A stretch of DNA of 64,000 nucleotides, from the IMG/VR virus record IMGVR_UViG_2881418779_000002, positions 2,227-66,226 of that record; one strand, given 5' to 3'. Both the position numbers and the translations under genes were made by a program. This stretch comes from a virus. Lineage: Duplodnaviria; Caudoviricetes. Positions 62,572 through 64,000 of this stretch are shown here, in pieces (within the stretch, counting starts at the first letter, position 1; each line of letters starts with the position of its first letter). The notes beneath the pieces were generated by a model, which saw only the letters and a program-made list of their open reading frames with translations, searched no databases and was not told the DNA's origin.

Positions 62572-64000
62572 GAATGTGTCGAATTGATTGAATTGGTCCT
62601 GCTACACCGCATTCCCGCTGAAGTTGAGCATAGCTAACTGGTCGAGATAGATGCTCGACCGAACGGAAGAGAATAACTTTCGTCTGTTTTTTCGCCATTG
62701 TTTCTATTTCTTCTTGACTGTAGACCGTCCGGCGGCTGACGAGGCTGGCTATTTCGGCAGGGTCTTGTAGCACCTTAAACTTATCCACGATACCAATTGT
62801 GGTTACAGACATCTCGTCATGTGTACGGTAGAACAGTAAGACATCACCAGCGCCGATAGCAGTTGTCTTCGCATGACACAAATAGGCCAGCTTGATCGCG
62901 TTGCCTACGCTGTTCGACGGGTTGAACAAGCGGCCTTGATGCGGACTGTAATCAGGAAAAAGCGTTTCGTGATACTCCGGCAAGATGGGAACGATGAATT
63001 TCTGTACGTCCGCATCATATCTAAAATGTGGAAAATATCGACGAGCATAGTCGAGCGGCGGCAATCCAGCTGGCTCAGGAGCTGATAGCGGATGAGTCTT
63101 CACCATCACTAGATCACCTGAATACGTCCCGCGTTCCTCAAAACCAAAATCTTCTAGTAAACGCAAAAGGTAATCGTGGCGCTCGGCATCGGCATGAATG
63201 AACAGATGTTCGCATGCGTTATTGGTGGCATAGCGGAATGCGGCCTTGAGAAATAGCTCTCCGATTTTCCGTCCGCGAACCTTTTCACCAACCTTGAAGG
63301 TGCAAAGTTTGAGCGCATCTCCAGTAAGGCACTCTTTCGCATCATTGAGAACCTCACCATTTTGTACGGTATAAATACAAAGTGCCGACAAATTTCCATG
63401 TTCGTCCCTGTACACCCACGCTCGCCGGTCGTCGCGCGCCGTACGACGAAACCATTCATCAAACCCGGCGTACCCTTCACGCAAGCTATCAAAGAAATCC
63501 GTAGCTAGACTTGGTGTCAGGCTATGCAGCGGTACATCCTCAATATTGGGAAGAACCTCCTGCTTCGGCTCGTGCAGCCCACGGAGCCAGTATTGCGCCA
63601 TTTGGATCGTATAAACACGATCACTCAATCCTCTTGTTCGCGCCTTACCGTGAATACCCCTGTCCTCAGTAACTAATGCATGCACCGCATCGCATTCAAG
63701 GGCATAGAGAATTTCGTTATCGCATGCCTCGTTGGCCGTAGTTTCCGGCGTATTCCAAGGGCATCGTGCAGGGTTATCAAGCTGTGAGTATTGCGCAAGA
63801 CGATGAAGATTCATTTCGCGCCGCTGCTCATCGGTATCTCGCCGAAAATCCGCAATGGTCGCGGGATGGTAGAGCAACTGATGCCCACCGACTCCGGCTA
63901 ATCGAACGAAGTCAGTCAGATTCGGCTCAAGAACCTGATAAGAGTCCTGAAGTGGAATTAGAATGTTTGTGTCGAGCAGAAATCGAAGTCGCAGCGCCAA
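62507..64000 (-). CDS. PIN-GNAT-ASCH/PUA-like fusion protein (start at or just beyond the window edge)
   Basis: LLDTNILI and D..I...LVTED (PIN); LCTFKV...RGRKIGELFL (GNAT motif A); AYLCHA...GDVLLFYRT (PUA/ASCH-like). Confidence 0.82.
   Translation of the reverse strand: MALRLRFLLDTNILIPLQDSYQVLEPNLTDFVRLAGVGGHQLLYHPATIADFRRDTDEQRREMNLHRLAQYSQLDNPARCPWNTPETTANEACDNEILYALECDAVHALVTEDRGIHGKARTRGLSDRVYTIQMAQYWLRGLHEPKQEVLPNIEDVPLHSLTPSLATDFFDSLREGYAGFDEWFRRTARDDRRAWVYRDEHGNLSALCIYTVQNGEVLNDAKECLTGDALKLCTFKVGEKVRGRKIGELFLKAAFRYATNNACEHLFIHADAERHDYLLRLLEDFGFEERGTYSGDLVMVKTHPLSAPEPAGLPPLDYARRYFPHFRYDADVQKFIVPILPEYHETLFPDYSPHQGRLFNPSNSVGNAIKLAYLCHAKTTAIGAGDVLLFYRTHDEMSVTTIGIVDKFKVLQDPAEIASLVSRRTVYSQEEIETMAKKQTKVILFRSVEHLSRPVSYAQLQRECGVAGPIQSIRHIHDDQFSKVLTAAGWKSHSSFN

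Larger units (their letters stand above)
51941..64000. mobile_element. P4-integrase genomic island with defence cargo (right end beyond the window)
   Basis: Integrase directly after the tmRNA 3' end, followed by nuclease, R-M and PIN/GNAT/ASCH genes. Confidence 0.8.

Overview
Positions 1 to ~51,970 are most of a lambdoid, long-tailed (siphovirus-type) prophage. The host is probably a betaproteobacterium of the Burkholderiales, inferred from gene content and the tmRNA end. The minus strand carries endolysin, a putative holin, tail tip and fibres, tape measure, tail, an HK97-type head, terminase/cos/HNH, a second fibre module, an Acb2-like anti-CBASS gene, an atypical initiator tRNA-Met, Q, the nin/replication region and cro. 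The plus strand carries cI, immunity-region morons (exonuclease-BRCT, a lipoprotein, RelE-HTH-DUF6941-like), the PL operon (DUF1566-like, RdgC, a two-frame cytosine methyltransferase), xis and int. The prophage ends at a tmRNA 3'-end duplication (51941-51971). A second, P4-type integrase island follows with defence cargo: a stand-alone PD-(D/E)xK nuclease, HsdR plus an HsdM-HsdS fusion plus a HEPN-like protein, and a convergent PIN-GNAT-ASCH / ASCH / P-loop kinase operon that reaches the window edge. The strongest candidates for under-described systems are (i) the dual-frame C5 methyltransferase with five tandem GWxT modules, (ii) the PIN-GNAT-ASCH + ASCH + kinase operon, (iii) the tripartite RelE-HTH-DUF6941-like operon, and (iv) an orphan DGR-style target gene. 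All family assignments come from motif recognition by eye; no database search was run.
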